From NCBI GenBank assembly GCA_000146045.2, contig BK006941.2, forward strand, positions 1,026,941-1,090,940: 64,000 bases of DNA. Reading direction: 5' to 3'. The translations under genes and the position numbers were made by a program. The notes below the pieces were generated by a model. The model was not told the origin of the DNA and made no database searches. It saw nothing but the letters and a program-made list of their open reading frames with translations. The DNA is from TPA_inf: Saccharomyces. Taxonomy: Eukaryota. Below are positions 33,718 through 44,774 of this stretch, in pieces (the stretch's first letter is position 1; each line of letters begins with the position of its first letter).

Positions 33718-34650
33718 CTAGTAAATCTTCTTCTTTTCATCAACGGATAATTCACCAGCGCCAGTATTAGTAACTAATAGAAGCCCACCAATGATGCTTA
33801 AGTTCTGGTAAAACTCATACTTCAAGAAATCTCTCTTAGTATTGTTATAAAACCAGTAGTTGTTTAGCGTGATATTGTAAAAAGTTAGTATCAAACCCAA
33901 CATAATGGATGCGAATTTTGTCTTGTAACCAATGGCGAAACATATTGTGCCGATAATGGTCAAAACAACAGTAAACCATGATTTACTGAAAGTGAAAGCG
34001 ATAAACATTAAAACAATTAAAATTCTACCAGCAAACAACAGGTAACCCTTCGCTTTGTCGTTTTTGCTGTTTAATTCAGGAAGCATACCGAATGTTGTCT
34101 TGTTTTGAACAATTGAATCGCTGAATGCAATTAACAACCCACCAATAACACTAAAGTTTCTTAGGACAAATGATGAACCCGTAAACAACCCATAAACTAA
34201 TGCTTGAGAAATAACGCAAGCACATAACACACCGGTGGCATAATTGGTTTGCTTTCTTAAAACTAACAAACTGGCGCCAATCAACATGGAAACGGTAACA
34301 ACCACTAGAAACACAACGACAAAGAAGTATGGGTAATGCTTCCACTTATTCAGATAAAAAATTTGATCTGACCATTGTGATAAGATCCTAAACGAATCTT
34401 CATAAAAGGTGGCCACAATGAAAAATCTTGACAAACTTGGAATGTAAGGCTTCAATTTATAAACAACTGCATTGTCAGTGAGCCCCTCAATTCTGGAGGC
34501 AAACTTTTCAAAAGAATGCTTCCATTGCTTTAAGATGCCAGAAGTGGATTGGTTCTGGTTTGATCTGAATTGTGCACCGCCAGAGTATGGTCCTTGCGAT
34601 GATGACATTGGCATACCGCCAAAATTTCCAATAGGTCCTCTGTAAGACAT
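33718..34650 (-). CDS. ERV29: SURF4-family COPII cargo receptor (Erv29)
   Basis: 310 aa, multi-pass membrane protein with several hydrophobic helices. C-terminal KKKIY di-lysine-like ER retrieval signal. Matches YGR284C. Confidence 0.82.
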   Translation of the reverse strand: MSYRGPIGNFGGMPMSSSQGPYSGGAQFRSNQNQSTSGILKQWKHSFEKFASRIEGLTDNAVVYKLKPYIPSLSRFFIVATFYEDSFRILSQWSDQIFYLNKWKHYPYFFVVVFLVVVTVSMLIGASLLVLRKQTNYATGVLCACVISQALVYGLFTGSSFVLRNFSVIGGLLIAFSDSIVQNKTTFGMLPELNSKNDKAKGYLLFAGRILIVLMFIAFTFSKSWFTVVLTIIGTICFAIGYKTKFASIMLGLILTFYNITLNNYWFYNNTKRDFLKYEFYQNLSIIGGLLLVTNTGAGELSVDEKKKIY

Positions 34651-34911
34651 TGATCTATCCTTTCAGTTTTGTTTTCACTTTTTTTGAGTCGTACTAATTG
34701 CAGCTATTGTAAGTAAATAAGGACACCTTTGATCTTTCGTTAAAGGTGTCCTTTATTTTTCGCCTTTCTCATTATTCCCTCTTCTCTCATCTTCTAGAAA
34801 TACCTAAAAAGGGAACCGTTACCCGAACCTATTCATTATAGAAATAAAAGAGAACGTTCTCTATAATATTCGTATACATTCGTATATATTCTATTCCATT
34901 TCTTACGGTAT

Positions 34912-36213
34912 TCACACGAAGTAGGACAACAAGCTGGATGGTAGTTTGCCAGAATCGACAATAGTCTTTGCAGATTCCTTCAAAACTTCCTTGGCACCAG
35001 CAGCATTGGCCTTGATCTTATCGGCGGTGGACACTAACTCTTCGTCATTCAAACTGTCAACGATCAAACCAACTTGTTCGTCAATCGTGGTGGCCTTGTC
35101 AGCATCACCAAAGTAGTCAGCTTCCTTAGCAGAGTTACGGATGGCTCTCTTGTTCTTTTTCTTGGCGGCCTTAGCAGCTTCCTTAGCCTTCTTTTTGTCA
35201 GCTTTTGCGGAGGCGTTAGCCTTGGCTTCAGATTCAGCTTTAGCCTTCGCTTCAGCTTCGGCCTTGGCCTTAGCTTCAGCTTCAGCTCTGGCACCGGCTT
35301 CTCTTTCCCATTTTCTTCTTTCCTTTTCCTTCTTCTCTTCTTCTTTGAACATTTTGATACGGGGATCTTCACTGACAGCTCTTTCAACAAGTTTGACCAA
35401 TCTAGCGTTATCAGCAGTCTTCTTCTTGTCTCTTGCGGCCTTGTTCTTTCTTTCAATGTAACGCTTGTGGTCTCTGTTAGAAGAGTCATCTGGGACATCT
35501 TCGTCCAAGAACTCAAAGGTTCTCCAGGAGTCAAATCTGTGCCAGAAAGCATAGAATTGTTCAACTTCCTTCTTGGAAGAATCTTTGTTACCTAGAGAAG
35601 GAATAGGAGTCTTCTTAGAAAAACGAGCTTCAGCTTCGAAAACGGGGCCCCAAGCTTCATAAAAGTCATAATCGGTACCCTTCTTTGGAGGAGGAACATC
35701 GGCAACAAAATCACATGAGTCGTACTGAGCTCTCTTGTTGGAATCAGTCAAAGTTTCAAAGGCCTTTTGAATAATCTTGAAAAAGCCATCTTGGTCCAAA
35801 CTACCACCAGCAGCAGATTGCTTGTCTGGATGGTACTTGACAACTTGTTTTCTGTGAGCCTTGATGATTTGACTTTCAGTAGCTCTGAAACGCAACTTAG
35901 ACAAACCCATAGCAGCATACAAATCGGCAGTTTTCCAGTCTCTAGCATCATGAGTCAGTAAATCTTCATCGGCCAATTCAGTGTCGAATAACAACTCATC
36001 TGGGTCGACATTGGATTCATCAACGGTTTTGACGTTCTTTTCAGCTTCAATTCTTTCAAATTCAGACCAGGTGTGGTTTCTCAAAGTTCTTTGAGCATGT
36101 TGCAAAAAGAACTTACCAACCGGTTCGACCGGACGACGGACGAATGGGGTTTTGGTAGCGGAACTGTTGACTTCAACAGTGATGTCTGAGGTTAGGGTAG
36201 GTAAAGAAAACAT
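34912..36213 (-). CDS. ZUO1: Ribosome-associated J-domain chaperone zuotin (Zuo1)
   Basis: 433 aa. J-domain HPD motif in VKYHPDKQ. Long charged Ala/Lys/Glu helix EAEAKAKAEAEAKAKAESEAKANASAKADKKKAKEAAKAAKKK. Confidence 0.92.
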   Translation of the reverse strand: MFSLPTLTSDITVEVNSSATKTPFVRRPVEPVGKFFLQHAQRTLRNHTWSEFERIEAEKNVKTVDESNVDPDELLFDTELADEDLLTHDARDWKTADLYAAMGLSKLRFRATESQIIKAHRKQVVKYHPDKQSAAGGSLDQDGFFKIIQKAFETLTDSNKRAQYDSCDFVADVPPPKKGTDYDFYEAWGPVFEAEARFSKKTPIPSLGNKDSSKKEVEQFYAFWHRFDSWRTFEFLDEDVPDDSSNRDHKRYIERKNKAARDKKKTADNARLVKLVERAVSEDPRIKMFKEEEKKEKERRKWEREAGARAEAEAKAKAEAEAKAKAESEAKANASAKADKKKAKEAAKAAKKKNKRAIRNSAKEADYFGDADKATTIDEQVGLIVDSLNDEELVSTADKIKANAAGAKEVLKESAKTIVDSGKLPSSLLSYFV

Positions 36214-36872
36214 CGTTACTCTTGTTGGTATATGTGAGACAAAACGAAGATTTTATAAAAGCATCGGTAGGAAAACCTTATGAAATTTTCTCTACCAGCT
36301 CTTGAAATAAAAATTTCGAACTCTTTGCAAAATTTCATCGAGAAAAAAAAAAGATTCGTATTTGCGGGTAATATTTTTTGGACATTTGTATTAGGAGCGT
36401 TATGTTCATTAATGTCATCCAAAAGATAGTTATAAATCTATGATTGTATGGTTTCTTTGACATATTTATAGTTAATATATATATATATATGTGTTTAATT
36501 TTATAAAAATTCCATCGTTTATATTCGATTATTTTTATATGTCAACCTTTTTTTTAAGAAATGTTCATATTTAGTCAAGTTCTTAATGAAATGAACGGTT
36601 GAAAGTACAAGGCAACTATCATTTCAAGATATAAAAAAATTGCCCAAAAAAAAAAGGCCATTTGATGAAATGTCTCATCGCGCTACGATTTCTGCTGTAA
36701 TCAGAACTAAATGCGTGATCGGAAGTAATATTAGATATTGGATGCATAAAAGATAAAACGCCAGCTAACGATGGCAGAATAAATAGGTAAATATATATAT
36801 ATATAGGTTTTCTTAATAAATAAGGGAGAAATGTACAGTTAGAATCGTAGAATTATCCACATATCCCTATCT

Positions 36873-38000
36873 TCAAGATCTGTCGTACTTAAATGCCTCC
36901 ATAGGTTGCAATCCCCATTTAGCCAACATTGCCTTGTCTTCGTCCCAACCGTTACACATTGTCGTCAGCATTTTCTTACCGGTGAAGATACTGTTACAAC
37001 CTGCCATGAAACAGACAAATTGCTCTGTTTCTTTCATTGTATAACGACCAGCGGCAAGTCTTATAATGGCCTTTGGCATAACTATTCTCGCTGTGGCAAT
37101 GGTTCTCAAAATTTCGTCGAATTGCAACTTTTTACTCTTTGGATCGGCAAGTTCCTCAGCCATTGGAGTCCCTTTGATAGCAACTAGTCTATTAATTGGT
37201 AGGGACTCAGGATGAGGAGACATATTGGATAATGTGTAGATGAATCCTATATGGTCGTCTTCGCTTTCACCGAGACCCAAAATACCACCGGTACAGGCTT
37301 TTATTCCAGATTCTTGGACATTCTTGATGGTCTGTAACCTGTCGTCGTAGGTTCTCGTGGTGATGACCTTACTATAGTGTTCTCTGGAAGTGTCGATGTT
37401 ATGGTTGTATGCAGTCAAACCTGCATCTTTCAATTGCTTTGCTTGATCTTGATCAACCATACCTAAAGTAACACACGTTTCTAGCCCCATATCATTCACT
37501 TTGGTCACCATTTCCTGAATTCTTTTCATGGCTGATTTACGACCTTTCATGTCTCTCCATGCAGCACCTAGGCAGAATCTAGTAGATCCGTTTCTTTTGG
37601 CCTCTTCTGCCTCTTTAATCACTTCATCCACTTTAACCATTTTCTCAGCCTTTAGACCGGTATCGTTTCTCGAAGACTGCGCACAATACTTACAGTCCTC
37701 AGAACAACCACCAGATTTGATGTTCATCAATGTGCACAATTGCACTTTGGTTGGATCGTGCCACTTTCTGTGCTGCAATTGTGCTGCATGAGTAAGTTCG
37801 AGCAGTGGGGTATGATAAATTTCTTTTAATTGCGATTTTGTCCACGAATGACTTGGTTCATCTAAAGACAATGCATATTGTAGAGCACCCAGAGTACTAG
37901 CTTCTGAGGATGCAGTTGTCGATTTAACTGCGGCATTGGTTGCGTATTTAGTTAAAGCCGGTCTAGCGGTAGATAAATGACGGTAGATAGTAGACATCAT
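36873..38000 (-). CDS. BIO2: Biotin synthase, radical-SAM (Bio2)
   Basis: 375 aa. Mitochondrial-type N-terminus. Radical-SAM CxxxCxxC motif in CSEDCKYCAQ. Length matches BIO2. Confidence 0.92.
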   Translation of the reverse strand: MMSTIYRHLSTARPALTKYATNAAVKSTTASSEASTLGALQYALSLDEPSHSWTKSQLKEIYHTPLLELTHAAQLQHRKWHDPTKVQLCTLMNIKSGGCSEDCKYCAQSSRNDTGLKAEKMVKVDEVIKEAEEAKRNGSTRFCLGAAWRDMKGRKSAMKRIQEMVTKVNDMGLETCVTLGMVDQDQAKQLKDAGLTAYNHNIDTSREHYSKVITTRTYDDRLQTIKNVQESGIKACTGGILGLGESEDDHIGFIYTLSNMSPHPESLPINRLVAIKGTPMAEELADPKSKKLQFDEILRTIATARIVMPKAIIRLAAGRYTMKETEQFVCFMAGCNSIFTGKKMLTTMCNGWDEDKAMLAKWGLQPMEAFKYDRS

Positions 38001-38244
38001 ACTGCACTAAATTGAAAATAATCGGCTAAGTTAGCTCTTCTGAGGACACCACTACCAGAAGAGTAAGATCTGAAAAATTTTCAGCAAGTATGGGAGCAAA
38101 AAAAGCTTTGCCCTTTTATATAAGATCTGCCTAAGAGAAGAAATAAAAGATACCAAGAGAATCTAGCAGAGTGGCAAACGAACTACATAGCCTGTAAATA
38201 CAGATTAGGCAGCAGCGTAGCGGATTTTCCTCAGGCATCGTCTC

Positions 38245-38252
38245 TCACGTGA
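38245..38252. promoter_or_regulatory. Palindromic E-box TCACGTGA (Cbf1/Pho4-type) about 250 bp upstream of BIO2
   Basis: Perfect TCACGTGA in the BIO2 5' region. A 15-bp perfect palindrome CTGAAAAATTTTCAG also sits at 38070-38084. Confidence 0.3.
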
Positions 38253-40281
38253 AATCTGTGGGGGCACCAGCGTGACAGGGACGGTTCTAATGCTTTGCAC
38301 TTTTCAACAACTTTTTTCCATAACCAAATGCCGGCAAAATGGCTTCGAAGAAGACGCGAGACTTCATCCGCGAGTCATCTCGACATGACTATCTTTTGCT
38401 AGCCAACACGCCCCTCCGCAACTTCCCACGATAAAATTGTAAAGAACAGTACTGATGGACAGAGATTTGCGCAGTGGCATTTTTTGAAAATAAAATGAAA
38501 AATTATATATATATATTCCATACATAGTATATAATATGAACTCGTTTGACTTGGAAAATTTTAGATGCAACAGGCAATATCGTTGGGCTTTTTTATTTGA
38601 TCATTAGCTTATTTGAATATGAAGGTAATGACCAAGGGCTACTAATGTCTTTCTATTAAGCCGTTTTACAATTGTATATTTTGTAATTTGCATCGCAGTC
38701 ATAACTTCTTGCAAGAAATAGTAGTTTCACACAATGAGGTAGTTTCGTTGGAGATGCAGTAATAATGCAGAATACGGATCTCACGGACCCCAAGAGAAAG
38801 CTACGCAATCTTACGGCTTGTAGGTTCTCAGTTCCCAATCGATGCAAAATGGGTAAGTATTTTCAAGACTGAAATAAGGTCGCTTAGAAACGGTTATCCA
38901 TTTACTATTATCTGGAAGCTGCTTTCCACAGCTACCTACTTTGGAGTAATGGTTTCCGGGAAGACTTCATCCTAGAGCCTCTTGCTGTTGTTATTCGAAG
39001 TTCAGATTCGTAAATGGTAGTACGTTCTGCTTTCGCAATGAATAACTAGGTCACATAAGCCCTAAATGCGTCAGTAGAAGATCAGATGCATTGACCACAT
39101 CATATCCTTCTAAAGTAATTAATTGAGATTTAATATTTTTCGTACTGATGAGAAAGCTAAACTAGTGCAACTATTATAGTCACATTTGTACGGAAAAGGC
39201 AGAAGCAAGAACAATGACTTGAAAGAGCGTATAGCTATTTAACCATTTCCATTTGTATGCTATAATTCAAGTATTTCCACACTCTTAACTAAAACGAATC
39301 AGAAGAGTAGGCTACTAAGAAAGATGGCTATCCTTAATAAGTACTATCCGACGTTGAATTGAAGATTAAACTGAGCCACACATTCCCATCTTCTGCACAC
39401 TTAGTTCCTTATTTAGAGACTTTTATGATAAAAATTTCTTCCGTTCACTGTTAAACAACCTTGGGAACAATGCTGACTGTGCAGGAAAATGACCTATGTT
39501 TGAAGGATGTTGCCACATAATTGAGGCATGTTAGCAGAGCATTCCCTACCACTGGAAGGAGTGATGGTTGATGTATTTTCCATTGAGACTGTGACATTGT
39601 GATACGATACCTAATCAACGACCCTATATAACTCATTAAAAATGGCTTTCTAGAAGCTACATCTATTTGATTAAATTGGTTCCCATTTTCACAAATATTT
39701 TGCCACCTCTCCTTCTCGCCAAGGATTTGTACAAAATTAACAGACCTTTTAGAATAAATATTAAATTTAGGTCAGCAGAATACGGCCACCATCTCATTCT
39801 TTACTAGATCAAGCGTCAATTCCAATAATTATAAAAATATAAGTCAAGAAAGCATCTTTCTTCGAGTCTCCTGCATTCGGTTTGCGTTCCTCTCTCGTTC
39901 TGCTTGACAAAAGAAAGAGTTTTTTATTCTCCTAACCAATAAATTGAAGCAATCAGCTATAGGGTTAGATGTATTCGTTTTCCTTTCTGACCCCTTATGT
40001 CCCCATTTGGAAGTTCTAAACAAATGCCCTTTGGTGCCCAGTATATGTCAATGACGTCTGCTTGGCGAATCTCTGAATCATAAGTGTTACATAAAAATTA
40101 AGTATCTACGGCGCAGTACAACGCCTTCGTCTGGTTAAAATCGACTCTTCTGTCATTAACATAAGAACGTATAACAAAAAAAAAATTATATCAATGTATA
40201 CATAAAGCTACCCAAAACAAACTAAAACATCACTTTTGTAGGGTTTCTTCGCACATTATCATTATTATTCTTTGAGAATAC

Positions 40282-42051
40282 TCATTCGCTGATATATATT
40301 CTTCCTTCCCATGGCTTCAATGTTCTGGAAGAGGCATCTACCTCCTTCTTTGGATAGTTTCCAAACTCTAACTTGAACGATGAATCATCATTTGGAATCT
40401 TGAAATCTGTCGCATCAGAGCTAAAGTTCAAAGCCGCAAACAATGTTTTATTGTTGTACTTCTTTGTGAAGCTAAACAACTTCTTATTGTCTAAATCAAT
40501 AAACTCGAAATCGTATCCGTACACAGTAATGTCTTTATGCGCCTTTCTAAACTTCAAGGCCTCCTTCCAGAAGTTCAAAACCGAGTTGGGATCCTTGATT
40601 TCATCTTCGACGTTAATGCCTTCTCTGAAAGAGTCGTTCAAGTAAAACCATGGTTTAGCACTAGGACCAGAAAAACCAGCATTTGGCTCCTCACGAGACC
40701 ATTGCATAGGTGTTCTAGCATGGTCCCTGGAGATAAGGGCAATGGCTTCTAAAAACTTTTTCATCTCCTCTGAGTTTTCCCCATGCTCTTCTTTAATGGC
40801 ATTGTAGTTGTTTCTGATTTCGACATCCTCGTACTTTTCAACAGGCCAGTTCTTGAAATTGATTTGGCCAAGCTCTTGTCCCTGATACACATATAGAGTA
40901 CCGGTCAAGGCACTTAGCAACACAGAGAGTAACTTACCAGAAATAACACGGTTCTTGGGAGAATCGTCACCAAATCTCGTAATTGAACGAGGTTGGTCGT
41001 GATTTTCCAGATAGATTGTTGACCAACAATCTGTACCATTAATGTACCTGAACAGCTCAGCAAGGGCAATCTTCCAATCCTTCAGTTCAAATGGGACCAA
41101 GTTGTAACGGAACAAAGGTGAAGTCCCCACATCAGTGTGGGAAAAGTTAAATAACTCACTAAGTTCGTGTCTTGAAGCACTCGTATAAAGTCTCTTAGTT
41201 TCGTCGGAGGCATGTTGCATTTCACCAACTGTCATAATCTCCCTGCCATCCTTCACTCTGTTTCTGATGAATTGATTCATTTCTTGATGGAACTCGTGAA
41301 TACGTGGTCCATTCAATGTGTATGGATCACTGGATTGCCAAGTCGAGTTTTTGTCAACAACAGGAGCATCTGGTAAACCTACAACTTTGGAGTACAAACT
41401 TCCGACATCAATTCTAAAGCCGTCTACACCATGGTCTAACCAGTATCCAACGGCACTTTCGTAGATTGCCTTTCTACAGTCTTCATTCTCCCAATTCAAA
41501 TCAGGTTGAGTGGAGCAAAACAAACGCAAGTAGAATTCTTGTGTCTTTTCATCGAAGGTCCATGCGGAACCACCAAAATAGGATTTCCAATTGTTTGGAG
41601 GAATTGGCTTGCCTTCGGCGTCATAACCTTTAGGAGGTCTCCAGAAGAACCAGTCACGCTTTGGATTAGTCTTCGAGGATCTGCTCTCTTTGAACCATTC
41701 ATGTTCGCTGGAACAGTGATTGATGACCAAGTCGGTGATAAATTTCATACCAAGCTTATGTGTCTTTTCGATCAAGGCAAAGCAGTCTTCATTCGTACCA
41801 TATGTTGGCCAGACCTTTTCGTAGTTGGCAATATCGTAACCCATATCATCTTGTGGCGAGTCGTAGAATGGTGAGATCCAAATGGCATCGGCACCAAGCT
41901 CTTTGATGTACTCCAGCTTGGAGGCAATCCCTTTCATGTCACCCCAGCCATCGTCATTAGAGTCTTTGAAACTTGCTGGGTAAATTTGATAGAACGTGGC
42001 CTCTTTCCACCACTTTGGTTCTGTCTCTGGATGTGCAGAAGAAATAGTCAT
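40282..42051 (-). CDS. IMA1: GH13 oligo-1,6-glucosidase (isomaltase Ima1)
   Basis: 589 aa. GH13 catalytic motifs GVDGFRIDV (nucleophile Asp), MTVGEMQH (acid/base Glu), YLENHDQ. Very similar to MAL12 downstream. Confidence 0.9.
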
Positions 42052-43352
42052 CGATAGTAAATATTACGTTGAAAAGCTTTGTTTGTATCTTGTTTGATCT
42101 GTGCTTGCTCGATTAATTTGAGACAGCTTTTTTATTTCAAAACAGGCGTCTAACCAAACGTCTAGCAACTCAATATCATTGCCCTTAAGTACTTTTTATT
42201 TCAAAAGGAGATCCTTTCTCATTCTGGGGTAAACTGTGGTATGACGAAAACCATGAAAAATAAGGAACATAATTTATCCGAGTATTTCAACGATCCCAAG
42301 TACTGACATAAACTTTAGTAGCCAATTTATAGCGTGGGGTGCCTACTTCGTCACATTTGATATCGTACAGCGAAAAAACATTAGTAACTTTATTTCCTTA
42401 TTTCAGGGCCACTTTTCTCGAGAATAACGCTGCGTGCTGAGCGGTTGTTCACACCGCGGAGTTGGAAACTTTATTCTCCGAAATATTCTCCCCACTAAAA
42501 TATCCTTACGTATTGTGAAACTTAGTTTTCTTTTTGTATTAGGGTGTAATTTCTTATTTTCCCTGTATTTCACCGCATGCAAATTCTTACGATATTTACT
42601 CCGGTAAACGCAGTTAAGAGCTATTGTCCGGTCCGACTGAATGAATATTCGGTTAGAAACGCATATTTGTGGGGAAATAACAACCTCAAAGATATAGACG
42701 GAGCAGTACCGTAAGGTTTACAGAATGGCATGACCACCCACAATAAAGCAAGGACCTCGAGACACATGCCTTTCAAAATAGAAATAAAGGTTTTCGAACA
42801 TCATTTTTCGCTTGTTGTATAGTAGTCTTTACAGTAACAGTGCATCTGAGTACAGGAACGATTGTCTTGATAATATGTGAAAAGTGCACACGAAATTAGA
42901 GGGTGTCCTTTACAAGTATTCTTAGAAACACATTCAAGAGCACAAAAGTCGATGCTTTAAGGGTCAAGGTGGTGGAAAACTTGACTGGAATTCTTGACGA
43001 AAAAACAAGAAAAACGTGATTCGAGCAATCATAAACATACAGCCCCGTTCCAACCGGATCTTGAGGTTTCCCATTTTAGATGGAAATAAGCAGAGCAAAA
43101 TAAAAATCTTGAACAAGTAATAGTGGTGACTGCAGGTTACGTTGGCATATAAAGTCCGGGTGACCTGGGTTTCCTGCACCACCAGCCCCCATATGCTAGC
43201 ACAATGGGTTTTCTTTATCCCCGGTCATAATTACTCATTTTGCTATATTCTTCATAACTTAAGTACGCAGATAGAGAAAATTAATAATCTCGATATATAT
43301 TAAAGTAAATGAAAAGTAGAAAATTTAGCCAGAACTCTTTTTTGCTTCGAGT

Positions 43353-44774
43353 ATGACTTTAACTAAGCAAACATGCGCCAAGCAGGCATGCGACTGCTGT
43401 CGTATTCGTCGAGTGAAATGCGATGGTAAAAGGCCGTGTAGCAGTTGCCTACAGAATAGTTTGGATTGCACTTATCTGCAACCGTCGAGAAAAAGAGGTC
43501 CGAAGTCCATTAGGTTGAGGAGCTTGAAAAGAATAGCAGAAGTGCAGAGGGAAAGCGGTCCTAACACCATTGCAACTGCTCCTGTAATATATAAGAGGGT
43601 TCCCAAAAAGCTAATCGATCAGTGCTTGCGGCTCTATCACGATAATTTATACGTAATCTGGCCCCTTCTTTCGTACGATGACCTTCACAAACTTCTGGAG
43701 GAAAAATACAATGACAATTACGTATATTGGTTTCTGACCGCTTTATCAGCGGCCACCCTCAGTGATTTACAAACTGAAATAAAATCTGAAGAGGAAGTCA
43801 CTTTCACGGGAAAACAGTTATCTAATCTTTGCATCTCATCGTGTCAGCAATTTGACGATTTGGATAACAGCAATATATTCAATATTATGACGTACTACTG
43901 TTTGCATCGTAGCTTTGCACAAATATCGAACGCAAGAACTTCTTACAGACTCTGTTGTGAAGCGGTCGGTCTGATTACGGTAGCAGGGTTACATCGGGAA
44001 GAAACTTACGGATCCCTTACATTTGAAGAACAGCAACTTAGACGGAAACTTTATTACTTGCTTCTCATGACGGAGAGATACTATGCCATATATCTTCATT
44101 GTGCGACGAGCCTGGATGCCACAATAGCACCACCGCAACTTGAACTTGTAACTGATCCTCAGCTTTCTATGGACAGTTTCCTTGAAATGATTAGGGTATT
44201 TACTGTACCAGGAAAATGTTTCTTCGATGCTTTAGCCGCTGACTCTACAGATGCTTCTTGCACTGAAGAGTCATTGAAAAAGATATGGAACGAACTCCAC
44301 ACAACTTCCTCGGAAATAGAGCCATGGTCTAACGGTTACATAGACATCTCATTTTCCCGGCATTGGATTAGGATACTAGCATGGAAGCTAGCTTATCAAA
44401 TGAGGGGTAGCAACTTTTCATTGAACGCTAACAATGGGCAAATACCAATAGAAATTGCGAGAGATATGTTAATAGACACTTACTTAACCCCAGAGAATCT
44501 TTACGATGTCCATGGTCCCGGGGTACCAGTGAAAACATTAGAAATAGCTACTGCTTTGGTGGACATTGTAGGCCAGTATGATCATAACATGAAATTAGAA
44601 GCATGGAATGTTTTGCATGATGTATGCAAATTTGCTTTTTCTTTAAACCACTATAACAATGATATGCTGAAGAGATTTTCCACCAAATGCCAGAATGCCC
44701 TAATTACTCTGCCCATTTCTAAACCTTTACAATTGGATGGTTATCCCAAGGATAATGAAGACATAGACCCTTGA
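43353..44774 (+). CDS. MAL13: MAL-activator, Zn2Cys6 transcription factor (Mal13)
   Basis: 473 aa. N-terminal Zn(II)2Cys6 cluster CAKQACDCCRIRRVKCDGKRPCSSCLQNSLDC. Sits beside the MAL permease/maltase pair. Confidence 0.88.
   Translation: MTLTKQTCAKQACDCCRIRRVKCDGKRPCSSCLQNSLDCTYLQPSRKRGPKSIRLRSLKRIAEVQRESGPNTIATAPVIYKRVPKKLIDQCLRLYHDNLYVIWPLLSYDDLHKLLEEKYNDNYVYWFLTALSAATLSDLQTEIKSEEEVTFTGKQLSNLCISSCQQFDDLDNSNIFNIMTYYCLHRSFAQISNARTSYRLCCEAVGLITVAGLHREETYGSLTFEEQQLRRKLYYLLLMTERYYAIYLHCATSLDATIAPPQLELVTDPQLSMDSFLEMIRVFTVPGKCFFDALAADSTDASCTEESLKKIWNELHTTSSEIEPWSNGYIDISFSRHWIRILAWKLAYQMRGSNFSLNANNGQIPIEIARDMLIDTYLTPENLYDVHGPGVPVKTLEIATALVDIVGQYDHNMKLEAWNVLHDVCKFAFSLNHYNNDMLKRFSTKCQNALITLPISKPLQLDGYPKDNEDIDP

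Noticed and set aside
35064-35595. Three overlapping ORFs (166, 173, 106 aa) within ZUO1
   Set aside because: Alternate-frame and antisense readings of the GC/A-rich EAKAKA charged-helix repeat of ZUO1. They lie inside a well-supported gene.
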